DNA of 64,000 nucleotides, from assembly GCA_016214565.1 (NCBI GenBank), contig JACROE010000002.1, positions 1,048,007 to 1,112,006 on the forward strand, given 5' to 3'. This DNA comes from Candidatus Kerfeldbacteria bacterium. Its GTDB lineage: Bacteria > Patescibacteriota > Patescibacteriia > UBA10025 > JAHIVO01. A program made the translations under genes and the position numbers. Below the pieces are notes generated by a model that was not told the origin of the DNA, searched no databases, and saw only the letters and a list, made by a program, of their open reading frames with translations. Below, piece by piece: positions 48,627-58,544 of the stretch (the first letter of the stretch is position 1; every line of letters begins with the position of its first letter).

Positions 48627-49748
48627 ATGCAAACCTGTACTCGTTGTATCTACGATGATCATATACCGAATATTTCCTTTGACCACGAAGGTATTTGTAA
48701 TTACTGTCGTCAAATTGAGGTCCTAGAGCACGATTATCCAAATGGGAGGGTCGGTGAGGAAAAATTTTCTCAGATGGTAGAGGAAATCAAACGCGCGGGA
48801 AAAGGAAAAAAATATGATTGCATTATCGGTGTCAGCGGCGGATGCGATTCATCCTACCTCGTATATATTGCGAAGAAATATGGTCTGCGACCTTTAGCGG
48901 CTCATTTTGATAATACTTGGAATTCATCAATCGCAACTGATAACATCAAAAAGGTTCTAAAGAAACTCGATGTCGACTTATTTACCTATGTAATTGATAA
49001 TGATGAATTCAATGATCTAGCACATTCATTTTTAGACGCTTCAGTCCCCGAAATTGACTCGCTGTCCGATGTGGCACTGACGACCGTTCACTATATGGCG
49101 GCAGCAAAGTACAATATTAAATATATCCTTGATGGTCATAATTTTCGTACCGAGGGCATGACGCCGCTTGGGTGGTTTTACTTTGATGGCAAATACGTCT
49201 CCGATATTCATAAAAAATTTGGAAAGTTGCCAATGAAAACCTATCCTAACCTTTGGTTCCATAAATGGATGAAGTGGTTACTTATTAATCGACCTAAGCG
49301 GATCCGTCCGCTGTATTACCTCGACTATGATAAGGAAAAAGTGAAAGAATTCCTGACCAAAGAATTTGACTGGGAATGGTACCATGGACACCATATGGAA
49401 AATAAATACACACTTTTTTGTGATAATTACATAATGCCTCGAAAATTCAAAATCGACCTACGCTACGTCGAATTTTCAGCATTGATTCGTTCAGGACAAA
49501 TGACACGCGAACAGGCATTACTAGACATTCAAACCCCTCCGCCGGTGAGCGAAGAATTAATTACCGAGGTAAAAAAACGACTAAAGATTTCTGACAGTGA
49601 ATTTGACGCTATTATGTCAAAACCACTGAAAACAGCAAAAGACTACAAAACATACCATCAGCTATTTCGTTGGCTGAGACCATTTTTTTGGCTAATGCTC
49701 CAGGCCGACTTAATCCCCAAAAGCTTCTACATTAAATACACCAAATAA
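48627..49748 (+). CDS. N-acetyl sugar amidotransferase (WbpG/WbuX/AglX-like)
   Basis: CTRC...CNYC, PP-loop GVSGGCDSS, LRPLAAHFDNTWNS, SALIRSGQMTRE. Confidence 0.9.
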   Translation: MQTCTRCIYDDHIPNISFDHEGICNYCRQIEVLEHDYPNGRVGEEKFSQMVEEIKRAGKGKKYDCIIGVSGGCDSSYLVYIAKKYGLRPLAAHFDNTWNSSIATDNIKKVLKKLDVDLFTYVIDNDEFNDLAHSFLDASVPEIDSLSDVALTTVHYMAAAKYNIKYILDGHNFRTEGMTPLGWFYFDGKYVSDIHKKFGKLPMKTYPNLWFHKWMKWLLINRPKRIRPLYYLDYDKEKVKEFLTKEFDWEWYHGHHMENKYTLFCDNYIMPRKFKIDLRYVEFSALIRSGQMTREQALLDIQTPPPVSEELITEVKKRLKISDSEFDAIMSKPLKTAKDYKTYHQLFRWLRPFFWLMLQADLIPKSFYIKYTK

Positions 49749-49752
49749 TCGC

Positions 49753-50388
49753 ATGCCGGGTATTGTCATCATTGATTATGACATGGGTAATGTCGGATCA
49801 ATCCGAAACATGTTCAAGAAAATTGGACACGACGTTACAATTTCCGCAAAATCAGAAGATATTCTCAATGCTACCGGCCTCATATTACCAGGCGTCGGCG
49901 CTTTTGATACTGGTATGGCTAGCCTTGCTGCTCGAAATATAATACCGCTGCTCAAAAAGCGAGCCCTTGACGATCATATTCCGGTCTTGGGCATTTGTCT
50001 TGGCATGCAACTATTAACTGACAGTAGTGAAGAAGGCTCTCTCCCCGGGCTCGGTTTAGTACCTGGCAAAACAATTAAATTCAATTTTACGAGTACTGAA
50101 AATAAATCACTCCGCATCCCCCACATGGGATGGAATACGACTACAGTGCAAAAAAAGAACCGGCTATTTACCGGGCTCGAAGCAGAATCCCGTTTTTACT
50201 TTGTCCACTCATACCACGTGGTCTGTGCCAACCAGGAAGATATATTGACCACGACACCGTACGGTTTTGAATTTTGTTCCTCATTACAAAAAAATAATAT
50301 ATATGGGGTACAATTTCACCCAGAAAAAAGTCACAAATTTGGGATGCAACTTCTTTCTAACTTTTTTAGTATTACTCAATCATTGTAA
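49753..50388 (+). CDS. hisH: HisH-like glutamine amidotransferase subunit (glycan-associated paralogue)
   Basis: DYDMGN, LPGVGAF, GICLGMQ, PHMGWN, YFVHSY, QFHPEKS. Confidence 0.85.
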   Translation: MPGIVIIDYDMGNVGSIRNMFKKIGHDVTISAKSEDILNATGLILPGVGAFDTGMASLAARNIIPLLKKRALDDHIPVLGICLGMQLLTDSSEEGSLPGLGLVPGKTIKFNFTSTENKSLRIPHMGWNTTTVQKKNRLFTGLEAESRFYFVHSYHVVCANQEDILTTTPYGFEFCSSLQKNNIYGVQFHPEKSHKFGMQLLSNFFSITQSL

Positions 50389-50424
50389 AGACATTTCATA
50401 TCTTACCAGAAATAATTAGTTAAT

Positions 50425-51189
50425 ATGCTGCAAACCCGCGCCATCCCCTGCCTACTCAAAAAGGGTTCTTCGCTTGTAAAAACAAAACAATTTGGCGAAC
50501 TGCAATATATTGGAGATCCAGTCAATACCATCCAAATTTTCAATAATCTTGCTGCCGATGAAATTATTGTTCTGGATATAACTGCATCGGTAGAACGGAG
50601 ATCGCCTGACTTAGAATTTATCAGCCAATTGACAGATGAATGCTTTATGCCATTTGCATATGGTGGCGGTGTTCGTACCATTGATGACATGAAGCGAATT
50701 TTTAGCTTAGGGGTGGAAAAAATTATTATCTGCAGTTACGCGGTCGAATCGCCGCAGTTTATTAAAGACGCCGCCTTACAGTTTGGTAACCAAAGTATAA
50801 TTGTATCAATCGATGTCAAAAAAAATTTTCTTGGTAGATATCACGTATATACCCATTCTGCTACGATAGATACGAAACGTAATCCGGTTGATTTTGCGCA
50901 AGAGATGGAACGTTCAGGAGCTGGAGAAATTTTCTTGAATTCAATCAATAATGATGGCATGATGCATGGTTTTGACCTTGAGCTTATCAATGACATTTCA
51001 AAAGTAATAACGATACCACTGATTGCCTGTGGCGGAGCGGGCACGCTCGCTCACATCAAACAAGCTATTGACGCTGGCGCAACGGCAGTTGCTGCCGGTA
51101 GTTTATTTGTATATCAAAATGGTAACCGTGCCGTGCTTATTAATTACCCAGAACGTCAGGAATTAGATGCATTATTTCAGAATCAATGA
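50425..51189 (+). CDS. HisF-like protein (AglZ/HisF2/WbuZ acetamidino-modification type)
   Basis: RAIPCLL, YIGDPVN, CFMPFAYGGG, GAGEIFLNSI, AAGSLFVY...AVLINYP tail typical of glycan-locus paralogues. Confidence 0.88.
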   Translation: MLQTRAIPCLLKKGSSLVKTKQFGELQYIGDPVNTIQIFNNLAADEIIVLDITASVERRSPDLEFISQLTDECFMPFAYGGGVRTIDDMKRIFSLGVEKIIICSYAVESPQFIKDAALQFGNQSIIVSIDVKKNFLGRYHVYTHSATIDTKRNPVDFAQEMERSGAGEIFLNSINNDGMMHGFDLELINDISKVITIPLIACGGAGTLAHIKQAIDAGATAVAAGSLFVYQNGNRAVLINYPERQELDALFQNQ

Positions 51190-52193
51190 AAATTTTACAT
51201 GCACCATTTAATGTAGCCGGACAGCCAGCAATAATAGCCGAGGCTCAACGTGCGCTGGGGCATACGAGTGATGTTTTGGTTTTTAATGATAATTATTTAC
51301 ACTATCATTATGACAAAAACCTTGCTGTTGCAGGTCGATCTACAATCCATAAAACCATTATTTATTTGACAAATCTCTTTGCTGCGCTTGCGCATTACGA
51401 TGTATTTCACTTTCATTTTGGTGGGAGTTTGCTCCCCTGGAACCTTGACCTTCAACTTGAACGTTTGCTTAGAAAGAAAGTGTTAATGCACTATTGGGGA
51501 TCAGATGTTATTCAAACAGACATTGCTCGCCACTACACTCTCTGGGGCCCAGAGTTACTAACAAAAATTTATCCTAATCGTAACGACGATTTACAAAGAA
51601 AAAAACTTAATAAAGTAAAACAAATTGTTAATAAAACTATTGTTGGCGACTTCTCATTATTAGCGTACTCACCTGACAGCATGGTCATTCGTCAGGCATT
51701 TAACTTATCCAACGTTCCTTTTGTCGGGGTGCTGTCAAAAAAGAACCGAATTAACATTGTTCATGCCCCAACTCATCGAGGAATCAAGGGTACCTCACAA
51801 ATAAATGCAGCGATGAAAATAATCTGCCAACGGTACCCCGTCGACTATCAGCTTATTGAACATAGGCCTCATAGCGAAGCCATGGCTTTATATGCCAAGG
51901 CGGATATTATAGTTGATGACCTGCTGCACGGACCGTATGGCATACTTGCGATTGAGTGCATGGCATTGGGCAAACCAGTTTTGGCGCGTATTGATAAAAA
52001 GCTAGTCCATTACTATCCGAATCTTCCTATTGTAAATTCAAACCCGGACACAATAGTCGACGACATAATACGCCTTATCACCAATTGGGATCTAAGAAAA
52101 AGTCTTGGAATAGCCGGACGAGAGTACGTCAAAAGACACCATAATGCGCACGCTATCGCCCAGCAACTAGTAGACTTGTATAAATCAATCTGA
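51186..52193 (+). CDS. Glycosyltransferase (GT-B, GT4-like)
   Basis: HAPTHRGIKGT, ADIIVD, YGILAIECMALGKPV, GREYVKRHH. Confidence 0.82.
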   Translation: MKILHAPFNVAGQPAIIAEAQRALGHTSDVLVFNDNYLHYHYDKNLAVAGRSTIHKTIIYLTNLFAALAHYDVFHFHFGGSLLPWNLDLQLERLLRKKVLMHYWGSDVIQTDIARHYTLWGPELLTKIYPNRNDDLQRKKLNKVKQIVNKTIVGDFSLLAYSPDSMVIRQAFNLSNVPFVGVLSKKNRINIVHAPTHRGIKGTSQINAAMKIICQRYPVDYQLIEHRPHSEAMALYAKADIIVDDLLHGPYGILAIECMALGKPVLARIDKKLVHYYPNLPIVNSNPDTIVDDIIRLITNWDLRKSLGIAGREYVKRHHNAHAIAQQLVDLYKSI

Positions 52194-53660
52194 GGGACCA
52201 ATAACAGAATTCTTACTCTTGCCTAATAAGCTTTTAAAAAAAGTGATTTCAGTTTTTGTGATTGCTTGCGTCATATAAATACCAGCACCATAGAATATGG
52301 TACTTAATACAACCGCAAGCACCAAGCTAAGTAATGAGTATGGTTGGAAAATAAGCAACATCAAGCCGAATAACCCACTAAGTGCCACGCTTTTTCCAAT
52401 AATGACCCAGTCAAAAGTGAAAGAAAGAAGTCGCTTTCCCTGAAAGTACAAAATAAAAAATACGATAGCGAAGGCAACTAATGTAGTCACCGCAGCTGCC
52501 CGAATCCCGTAGCGTGGCACCAACAGAAGATTTAACCCAATATTTATAACACCGGCAATAACCCATGCTTGGGCGATCTGACGTGTTTTTTTAAATAATG
52601 AGTATATTTCACTTATGATTGAGGTAAGACCGTAAAACAAAATTGCGATGGCGACATAGGGAGTAATCATATAGGCCTTTTCAGCGATTTCTGGTGTTGA
52701 TAGGACCAAAAGCAAAGGTTTTGCTAGCACTGAAAGACCAACAACTAATGGAATCCCAATAACCAAAAAATACTTAAATGAATAATGTATAAATGTACGA
52801 ACTTGATCTTCTCGCTTATTATCAAATGCGTCAGCCAAAAAAGGACTTAAAATAAACGCAAAAGGCTCTACCAACATAGATATCATGGTTCCAAGTGTAT
52901 AAGCTGGTGTATAAATACCGACCGCGCCAAGACCGAGGTAATAAGCAATAACATAACGATCACTTAATTGTACTGCCTTACCTGAAATATTTGACGGTAC
53001 TGAGGGTGTACTAAAATGCATATATTCGCGAATATGCCCAAACCGTGGGATTCCAATGCCAATATCTCTTACAATAAAATACGCGATAACAAAAAACTTT
53101 AAAAGTTTTAGTAAAAATAATCCAAATAGAATATCATAAATGTGATAACCACCGGTAACCATAAAGTAAATCAATATTAGTCCTCCATAACTTTCCGATA
53201 GAAAAAGAACTGAATATTTGACTGTTTGTTTAAAAGTACGAAAATACGCAAGCCCAAGTTGAATAATGGTAAATAAGATTAATGTTGCGCATAACAAATA
53301 TAAAAGTGATAGGCTCCCATCAAAAAAACGATCAGCCAAAAAGCTACCAAAGGTGACAATTAGCAAAACGGCGAGAACGGCTAATCCGAGCATAATTGCT
53401 AAAATGGAATAAAAACCTTCCCTGATTTTTTGTCTATCTCGTTCAGCGGCTAAAAAACGTGTCAATGCGCCGGTCAATCCAAGCGATATAATAGGAAATA
53501 AAAACTCCATACTTACTGTAAATTGAGACCACATACCATATTCAACAACACCAAGTATTTTTGTAATTAGGGGTAAAATAAAAATCGCCCGCAATCGAAT
53601 AAGTACTTGCAGTATGCCAACCAGGCTTAATTGTTTCGTAAATGATGAATACGTCGACAT
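52185..53660 (-). CDS. wzx: Wzx/MOP-family oligosaccharide flippase
   Basis: LPLITKILGVVEYG, SDRYVIAYYLG...VGIY, NLLLVPRYGIRAAA; about 14 TM. Confidence 0.88.
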   Translation of the reverse strand: MSTYSSFTKQLSLVGILQVLIRLRAIFILPLITKILGVVEYGMWSQFTVSMEFLFPIISLGLTGALTRFLAAERDRQKIREGFYSILAIMLGLAVLAVLLIVTFGSFLADRFFDGSLSLLYLLCATLILFTIIQLGLAYFRTFKQTVKYSVLFLSESYGGLILIYFMVTGGYHIYDILFGLFLLKLLKFFVIAYFIVRDIGIGIPRFGHIREYMHFSTPSVPSNISGKAVQLSDRYVIAYYLGLGAVGIYTPAYTLGTMISMLVEPFAFILSPFLADAFDNKREDQVRTFIHYSFKYFLVIGIPLVVGLSVLAKPLLLVLSTPEIAEKAYMITPYVAIAILFYGLTSIISEIYSLFKKTRQIAQAWVIAGVINIGLNLLLVPRYGIRAAAVTTLVAFAIVFFILYFQGKRLLSFTFDWVIIGKSVALSGLFGLMLLIFQPYSLLSLVLAVVLSTIFYGAGIYMTQAITKTEITFFKSLLGKSKNSVIGPSD

Positions 53661-53691
53661 ACGGGCATATCCTCTTAGACCATTCTATATT

Positions 53692-53761
53692 AGTATAGTC
53701 CATTTTTGAATGTTATTCAATTTGCTCGCCCTATGAAAAATGTCTAAGAAAATGCTATACT
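53692..53761. promoter_or_regulatory. Divergent promoters for the flippase (-) and GT4 (+)
   Basis: Minus: TTGAAT-17 nt-TATACT (53720-53692). Plus: extended -10 TGCTATACT (53753-53761). Confidence 0.6.
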
Positions 53762-53815
53762 TAGTACGGCAATCCGAATAAAGAAGGGTATTTTATCATG
53801 TATTAAACTTTGCCT

Positions 53816-55039
53816 ATGCCATCGGTCATGACATCAAAGTGTATATGCATCTTCGTGACAAACGACGTCACCCATGATTCCCGTGTACTTCGAACGGCAA
53901 GTTATTTCGCGTCCAAGGGACATACGGTAGAAATCATTGGCCTTACTTCAAAGCGAGAGGCTTTGACCGACGAATCGATTGATAGAAATACCCATATTCA
54001 TAGAGTCCCACGATATGACCAGCCAACGACTGAATCTAAAAACATTTTCAAAATTGCTAAATACTATTTGCCATTACTGTATACTGGAACAGAAAATACG
54101 CGTCGGATGCTCCAATATGCACGAACTCTTCAACCGAAGATCGTATACGCTAATGATCTCGACACTCTCCTTCTAGCTTATCGTTTTGCTCGTGCTTCGC
54201 GTGTACCGCTCATTCTTGATGCTCATGAAATACTTACGGAAACGATTTCTCAATCTAAACTTCCTTCTTATATCTCATGGGCTTTTAAAAAATATTATAC
54301 TTATATTGAAAAAAGATATTTGCCCAAAACACAATTACTTGTTACCGTTTGCAACTCTATCGCTGATTATTACCATAATAAATACCCAGGTCTTGCCATA
54401 CAGGTAATTAAAAATGTTCCTTCAAAATCATTAGTCCCCAAAAAAACAGAAAATTTACACGCCTTGTTTAAAATTCCTAATAATACAAAAATTGTATTAT
54501 ATCAAGGAAAATTTCTTCCTGGACGAGGAATTTTACAACTTATTGATGCAATAAGATTACTTCCTCAACAATACGTTCTTTGCTTAATTGGAGAAGGTTC
54601 GATGGAAAATGAGATGAAGAAACGAATTGATTTACTACAAATTACTTCGCGCGTTTTTTTTACAGGCCAATTGCCGATCGAAAAATTATTATCATACACT
54701 GCCGGTGCGTCTCTCGGTACAGTATTAATTGAAGATATTAATCTTAGTAAGCGCTTTGCACTCCCAAACAAGCTATTTGAGTACATGGCAGCGGGAATAC
54801 CTATACTTGGTTCTTCACTACCAGAAATAAAGCGCGTCATTTTAGATAATGCCTGCGGTCAGGTCATTGATAAACTTGACCCACAAACAATCGGAAATGC
54901 AATTGAAAATATATTGAACTCAACTAATCTATTTCGTTTAGGTAAAAATGGCCAAATCGCATTTCAAACCACCTATAATTGGGACTTAGAGTCAGTCAAA
55001 TTGCAATCAGTTATTGATACTTATACAAAATTTGAATAG
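53816..55039 (+). CDS. GT4 glycosyltransferase
   Basis: HDSRVLR, ANDLDTL, DAHE, YQG...GRGI, LPNKLFEYMAAGIP; start uncertain (53810-53828). Confidence 0.88.
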   Translation: MPSVMTSKCICIFVTNDVTHDSRVLRTASYFASKGHTVEIIGLTSKREALTDESIDRNTHIHRVPRYDQPTTESKNIFKIAKYYLPLLYTGTENTRRMLQYARTLQPKIVYANDLDTLLLAYRFARASRVPLILDAHEILTETISQSKLPSYISWAFKKYYTYIEKRYLPKTQLLVTVCNSIADYYHNKYPGLAIQVIKNVPSKSLVPKKTENLHALFKIPNNTKIVLYQGKFLPGRGILQLIDAIRLLPQQYVLCLIGEGSMENEMKKRIDLLQITSRVFFTGQLPIEKLLSYTAGASLGTVLIEDINLSKRFALPNKLFEYMAAGIPILGSSLPEIKRVILDNACGQVIDKLDPQTIGNAIENILNSTNLFRLGKNGQIAFQTTYNWDLESVKLQSVIDTYTKFE

Positions 55040-56195
55040 TTTTTTCAGCCGCCTTTTTCCAGCTATACTGTCTTTCAACAAGGTGTCTACCACGTTGACC
55101 CATCGCATTCCATTCATTGCGTCGGTTAATCATTTGAAGTAATGCATTTTTCAAAGCATTAACCGAATCATCCCCTGCAACAACCCCAGTATCGTATTTT
55201 TTTACTAGTTCACCTACGCCGGAAATACAAGTTGTTAATACGGGCTTTCCAGACGCTAGATACTCAAACAGCTTCAATGGTGATAGCCCAATTGACTCAT
55301 TACGCATCAAAGTAAACGGCGCCAAACAAACGTCAAAAGAAGCTACATACCGCGGGACATCATCATACGAGACCATACCGACAAAATTGTAAGAGCCCTT
55401 TGGTAAATACTGAGATGCAATTTCCTCCCATTGTGCTCGTGCAGGGCCGTCTCCCACAACGGCTAAAGACATATTACTACTCCAAGATTGTGCCAATGCA
55501 CGTATCATCTCCCCCATTCCCTGCCAAGGAGCACAATGTCCTACAAAACCAAACTTTATTTTTTCGCTCGATACCTTAAACTGGCTTGAAGTAATTGGCT
55601 TAAAGTGGTCTGTATTCACTCCATTTGGGACAACATAATAATTGTCGAGTATGTTGTATTCACGCTTAATCACTTCAGTTAATTTGGCGGTAACACATAT
55701 AAGAGCACAAGCTTTCTTAAAAAAATACCGTTCAATAAAAATATGTAGTCGAAGGGTAGCTGTAACAAAACGATTTTTACTAAAACGAGTCGCACCATGC
55801 TGAGCAAGTCCATTGACTTCGATAATAAACTTTTTTCGAAGGATGATATAAAAAATGGGGGCAAAACTCAGATAGCGCGATCGAATATAAATAATATCAG
55901 GCTTAAAAATGACGGCGTGCCAAACGCAAAATAAGTCATAAATGATTGACGAAAAAATGAACTTAAATTTACGTAACACGGAGAATGCCGTAATGCGACG
56001 TGTGCCGGGGACAAATACTACATGGGTATAATCGAGCGTCTTTTTAAATTGTTCATAAGCATTTCTGTCAGGCTGAGGAAATAATAACCGTACTGAATCG
56101 GTTAATGTATGTAAGTGATGCCGCCATACTTCAATCGTATGGGTTGAACCGGCATCTTCACCGAGATACACAAATGCATTAACTAAAATTCTCAT
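55011..56195 (-). CDS. GT4 glycosyltransferase
   Basis: EVNG, PNGVNTDHF, VGDGP, SPLKLFEYLASGKPV. Confidence 0.9.
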   Translation of the reverse strand: MRILVNAFVYLGEDAGSTHTIEVWRHHLHTLTDSVRLLFPQPDRNAYEQFKKTLDYTHVVFVPGTRRITAFSVLRKFKFIFSSIIYDLFCVWHAVIFKPDIIYIRSRYLSFAPIFYIILRKKFIIEVNGLAQHGATRFSKNRFVTATLRLHIFIERYFFKKACALICVTAKLTEVIKREYNILDNYYVVPNGVNTDHFKPITSSQFKVSSEKIKFGFVGHCAPWQGMGEMIRALAQSWSSNMSLAVVGDGPARAQWEEIASQYLPKGSYNFVGMVSYDDVPRYVASFDVCLAPFTLMRNESIGLSPLKLFEYLASGKPVLTTCISGVGELVKKYDTGVVAGDDSVNALKNALLQMINRRNEWNAMGQRGRHLVERQYSWKKAAEKTIQILYKYQ

Positions 56196-57811
56196 AATTG
56201 TGAAGCGACAAATAAGGAATAATCACCTTCTGAAAAAACTGGGGTAAGTTCCTTTGATCTGACAAGCTGGGAGTAGCGACCATACGCTCCATCAATTAAA
56301 TAAATTACGCCAGCTGTATCTATTATTTCTCGATTTTCCGAGTCTTCAAAATCAGTACTTTGAATTGGCGTATACATTAATGAGTTTAAGTCGTTTTCAC
56401 TAGCTACATAAATGCTATAAAAACTGATCGGATGAGAAATGAGAATGTCTTCAGGTTGTACATGAGTTGAAAGGTAGTTCACCAGCCCGACCGGTGGTTT
56501 TGTTATGACATTGCCACTAAAACCGATTATATTTGGGATTGAGGTTATAAATATTGCGCAGACCAATAGCGGAATAACTGATCTAAAAAGACGATAGTGC
56601 TGCATTTGATAAATCCCAAATACGGCAATAACTGGCCCAAGCACGGAAATATACAACATCGCCCGTGGCGAATTGCTTGATGGCTCAATCCCAAAATACG
56701 GACCAATCATGACAATAAACACGGAGAGAGAAATGGTCAAAGTAAACGGCAAAAAACGCGCATCAAGCAATTTCTTGGTAAATATCATCCCTAATATTGA
56801 GATTACACCAAGTAGCGCGATAATCGGGTTTACGCCAAGTCGCGATGCACCATTATCGAGAAAATATCGTGATAGATTTTGGTCAACTTTTTGGGTAAAC
56901 TGATCATACCGCCAATATTGTTCTGTAGTAACGACATGAAATATGTATGAATGAAAAAGAAACAATAAAACCGATATTCCAATAATAAAAGCAATAAGTG
57001 TTTGAAGCCGATGAATACCGAAGCGTTTATTAAGGATGTCACAGATTAGAACAAAAATTGAAAGACAAAAAGATAGTGCAAAAGGTATTTTAACGTAATT
57101 AAGCCAAAATAAATCACCATTAATTATAACTGTATTGTAATAACTTATAATTGAGGCAATGATCAGAGCCCCAGCGATTGTAATAAGATGTGAATATTTC
57201 TTTTGCCATATAAGAACGGGGATAATAAGCACAATCACTGAAAGTGCCATCGAACTGGTCAAGACATTAGTCAGTAATACGCAGCCTAAAATAATACCGC
57301 CCAAAACAATGCGTAGCCACGTGCGAAAATCAGAAATAAACTCAACGTAGACATATGAAGTAAATAATACAATAGAAAGATTCTCAGGTAAAAAAAGTGA
57401 AAAACGGCGTCCAACATAATAAGTTAAAACAGAAAATAGCACAACAATAAACCCCAAAATATTTGAAGTAAAGAGTTGTTTCCCAATCAAAAAAGAAACG
57501 GAACACAAAAGTAATAAAATAATGAAGCTGACAATATTTGCCAGCACCACATAATCAGTTACGCCGGTCATTTTTTGAATAACCGCTGAAAATGAGTACA
57601 ATAATGGTGGATACACAGAACGAATATTTCCCCAAAAATATGTATCGTGTATGAAAGTTTCTTCCGTACTGATCTTTTTAACTATGGTAAGGTGATATAA
57701 TGAGTCAAAACTTCCAGCCACATCGTTGTTTACAAAAAATAAACTAACAACCAGTATCGTAAGACTCGCCGCGATGGTGACAATAATAATTTTTTTTAAG
57801 TTAGCTCTCAT
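56192..57811 (-). CDS. Polytopic membrane protein, GT-C superfamily (STT3/AglB-like N-terminus)
   Basis: FDSLYHL...DTYFWG...YPPLL after TM1, about 13 TM, short soluble C-terminal domain YLSTHVQPEDILIS. Confidence 0.6.
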   Translation of the reverse strand: MRANLKKIIIVTIAASLTILVVSLFFVNNDVAGSFDSLYHLTIVKKISTEETFIHDTYFWGNIRSVYPPLLYSFSAVIQKMTGVTDYVVLANIVSFIILLLLCSVSFLIGKQLFTSNILGFIVVLFSVLTYYVGRRFSLFLPENLSIVLFTSYVYVEFISDFRTWLRIVLGGIILGCVLLTNVLTSSMALSVIVLIIPVLIWQKKYSHLITIAGALIIASIISYYNTVIINGDLFWLNYVKIPFALSFCLSIFVLICDILNKRFGIHRLQTLIAFIIGISVLLFLFHSYIFHVVTTEQYWRYDQFTQKVDQNLSRYFLDNGASRLGVNPIIALLGVISILGMIFTKKLLDARFLPFTLTISLSVFIVMIGPYFGIEPSSNSPRAMLYISVLGPVIAVFGIYQMQHYRLFRSVIPLLVCAIFITSIPNIIGFSGNVITKPPVGLVNYLSTHVQPEDILISHPISFYSIYVASENDLNSLMYTPIQSTDFEDSENREIIDTAGVIYLIDGAYGRYSQLVRSKELTPVFSEGDYSLFVASQL

Positions 57812-58544
57812 TCTTTTGGATCAGTACAAAATATTGGGAAGCGAAATGGTGCCCAAAAAATGTACGGTATACCCGTTCTATAATGCCATAGGCCTGCTTG
57901 TACAGACGGGGCAACCCCCCGGTTGAGGGAATGTGGTAACTGGGAATGCGGCGCACGATCGTCGCCGGAGCAACTAATTTCTGAAACTTACTGGCGGTAA
58001 AAATTTTTGGATTAATCGTGCCCTGGTCATGCCGATGGGTCGAAAATTTTGTTGCTTTTCGAACAAGTGGTCCAAACGCGGACAGACTGTGGTAATTGGT
58101 CATCTCGAGAATGACATATTTTTTTGAAACTCGCAGCATTTCAGCAACCGCTTTTCGGGGATCTTCTAAATGCATAATCACGTGTACCGAATAAACCACG
58201 TCAAACGTATTGTCAGCAAATGGCATGGCATACACATCTCCCTGAACCGGGGCTACACTCGCTTTCGCCTGAGCAATACTGAGCATTTCAGATGATTGAT
58301 CAAGTCCCGTTAAATTGGTGAAACCTGCCTGGTGTAACGTTTCCAAAAAACGACCAGTGCCACAACCAGCTTCAAGAATCTTCAATTGCCTGCCGCCAGC
58401 TGAGGCAAGTAGTTCCATCAACGCATCCGCTTGCTTCTGATGGATCATTCTGCCAAAATTGTCACGAAACCGGTGCTGGTCATATTGAACAGCCTCCTGG
58501 TCGTAGAATGAATTTATATATTGGTCATTCAGTTGCTTGCTCAT
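57801..58544 (-). CDS. Class I SAM-dependent methyltransferase
   Basis: LEAGCGTG, GLDQS, GDVYAMPFADNTFDVV, EMLRVS; likely ATG at 58544. Confidence 0.9.
   Translation of the reverse strand: MSKQLNDQYINSFYDQEAVQYDQHRFRDNFGRMIHQKQADALMELLASAGGRQLKILEAGCGTGRFLETLHQAGFTNLTGLDQSSEMLSIAQAKASVAPVQGDVYAMPFADNTFDVVYSVHVIMHLEDPRKAVAEMLRVSKKYVILEMTNYHSLSAFGPLVRKATKFSTHRHDQGTINPKIFTASKFQKLVAPATIVRRIPSYHIPSTGGLPRLYKQAYGIIERVYRTFFGHHFASQYFVLIQKNES

Noticed and set aside
49753-51189. hisH/hisF as histidine biosynthesis genes
   Set aside because: They follow an N-acetyl sugar amidotransferase in a glycan locus, HisF has the paralogue-type C-terminus, and no other his genes are present.
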